Positions 63,876 through 64,000 of a DNA stretch of 64,000 nt are shown here, one piece after another. The notes beneath the pieces were generated by a model. The model was not told where the DNA came from. It saw only the letters and a list, made by a program, of their open reading frames with translations, and made no database searches. The DNA is from Octopus vulgaris. Its lineage: Eukaryota. The position numbers and the translations under genes are program-made. The stretch is from positions 18,476,001-18,540,000 of the forward strand of contig OX597821.1 in NCBI GenBank assembly GCA_951406725.2, read 5' to 3'. Position 1 is the first letter of the stretch; each line of letters starts with the position of its first letter.

Positions 63876-64000
63876 CTTAACATCAATAAAGCAAATATCA
63901 AGGTCCAGCATATGTCAACCTTGTTGAACACAATATTATTTCTACTCACCGAGATTTTTTCACGTGAGATAACGATATAATCACAATTAAATCAATTACT

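Noticed and set aside
63348-63950. Poly-Gly/Val/Ala ORFs and a GTGAGT donor at 63949 (minus)
   Set aside because: Trinucleotide low complexity; an isolated donor at the window edge cannot be supported.

Overview
AT-rich eukaryotic non-coding DNA (intron or intergenic), made almost entirely of transposon debris and very long microsatellites ((TA)n, (TACA)n, (TATG)n, (TAA)n). The repeat repertoire resembles an octopus/coleoid cephalopod genome, which is recognition from memory and was not checked. No intact host protein-coding gene is visible, and the long ORFs in the track are microsatellite artefacts. Elements I can support: a Gypsy 3' end and LTR nested in an RTE LINE; RTE LINEs with a PHD-type zinc finger inside the RT and a minisatellite 3'UTR; CR1, R4/Dong, BovB-like RTE and other decayed LINEs; several mariner/maT relics; two Helitrons; a Merlin-like MITE; and four tRNA-type SINE families. 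The most interesting signal is a set of apparently unrelated non-coding elements embedded in (TA)n tracts, mostly with inverted or tandem architecture. They carry type I hammerhead ribozyme motifs with palindromic stem III (Penelope pLTR or retrozyme-like). They include a 361-bp tandem unit that could yield a circular RNA and a 570-bp near-perfect foldback. A second, covarying terminal motif (TTTGACTGCTATTTCTA-hairpin-CTTATT) is shared with a short dispersed repeat family. All folds were done by eye.
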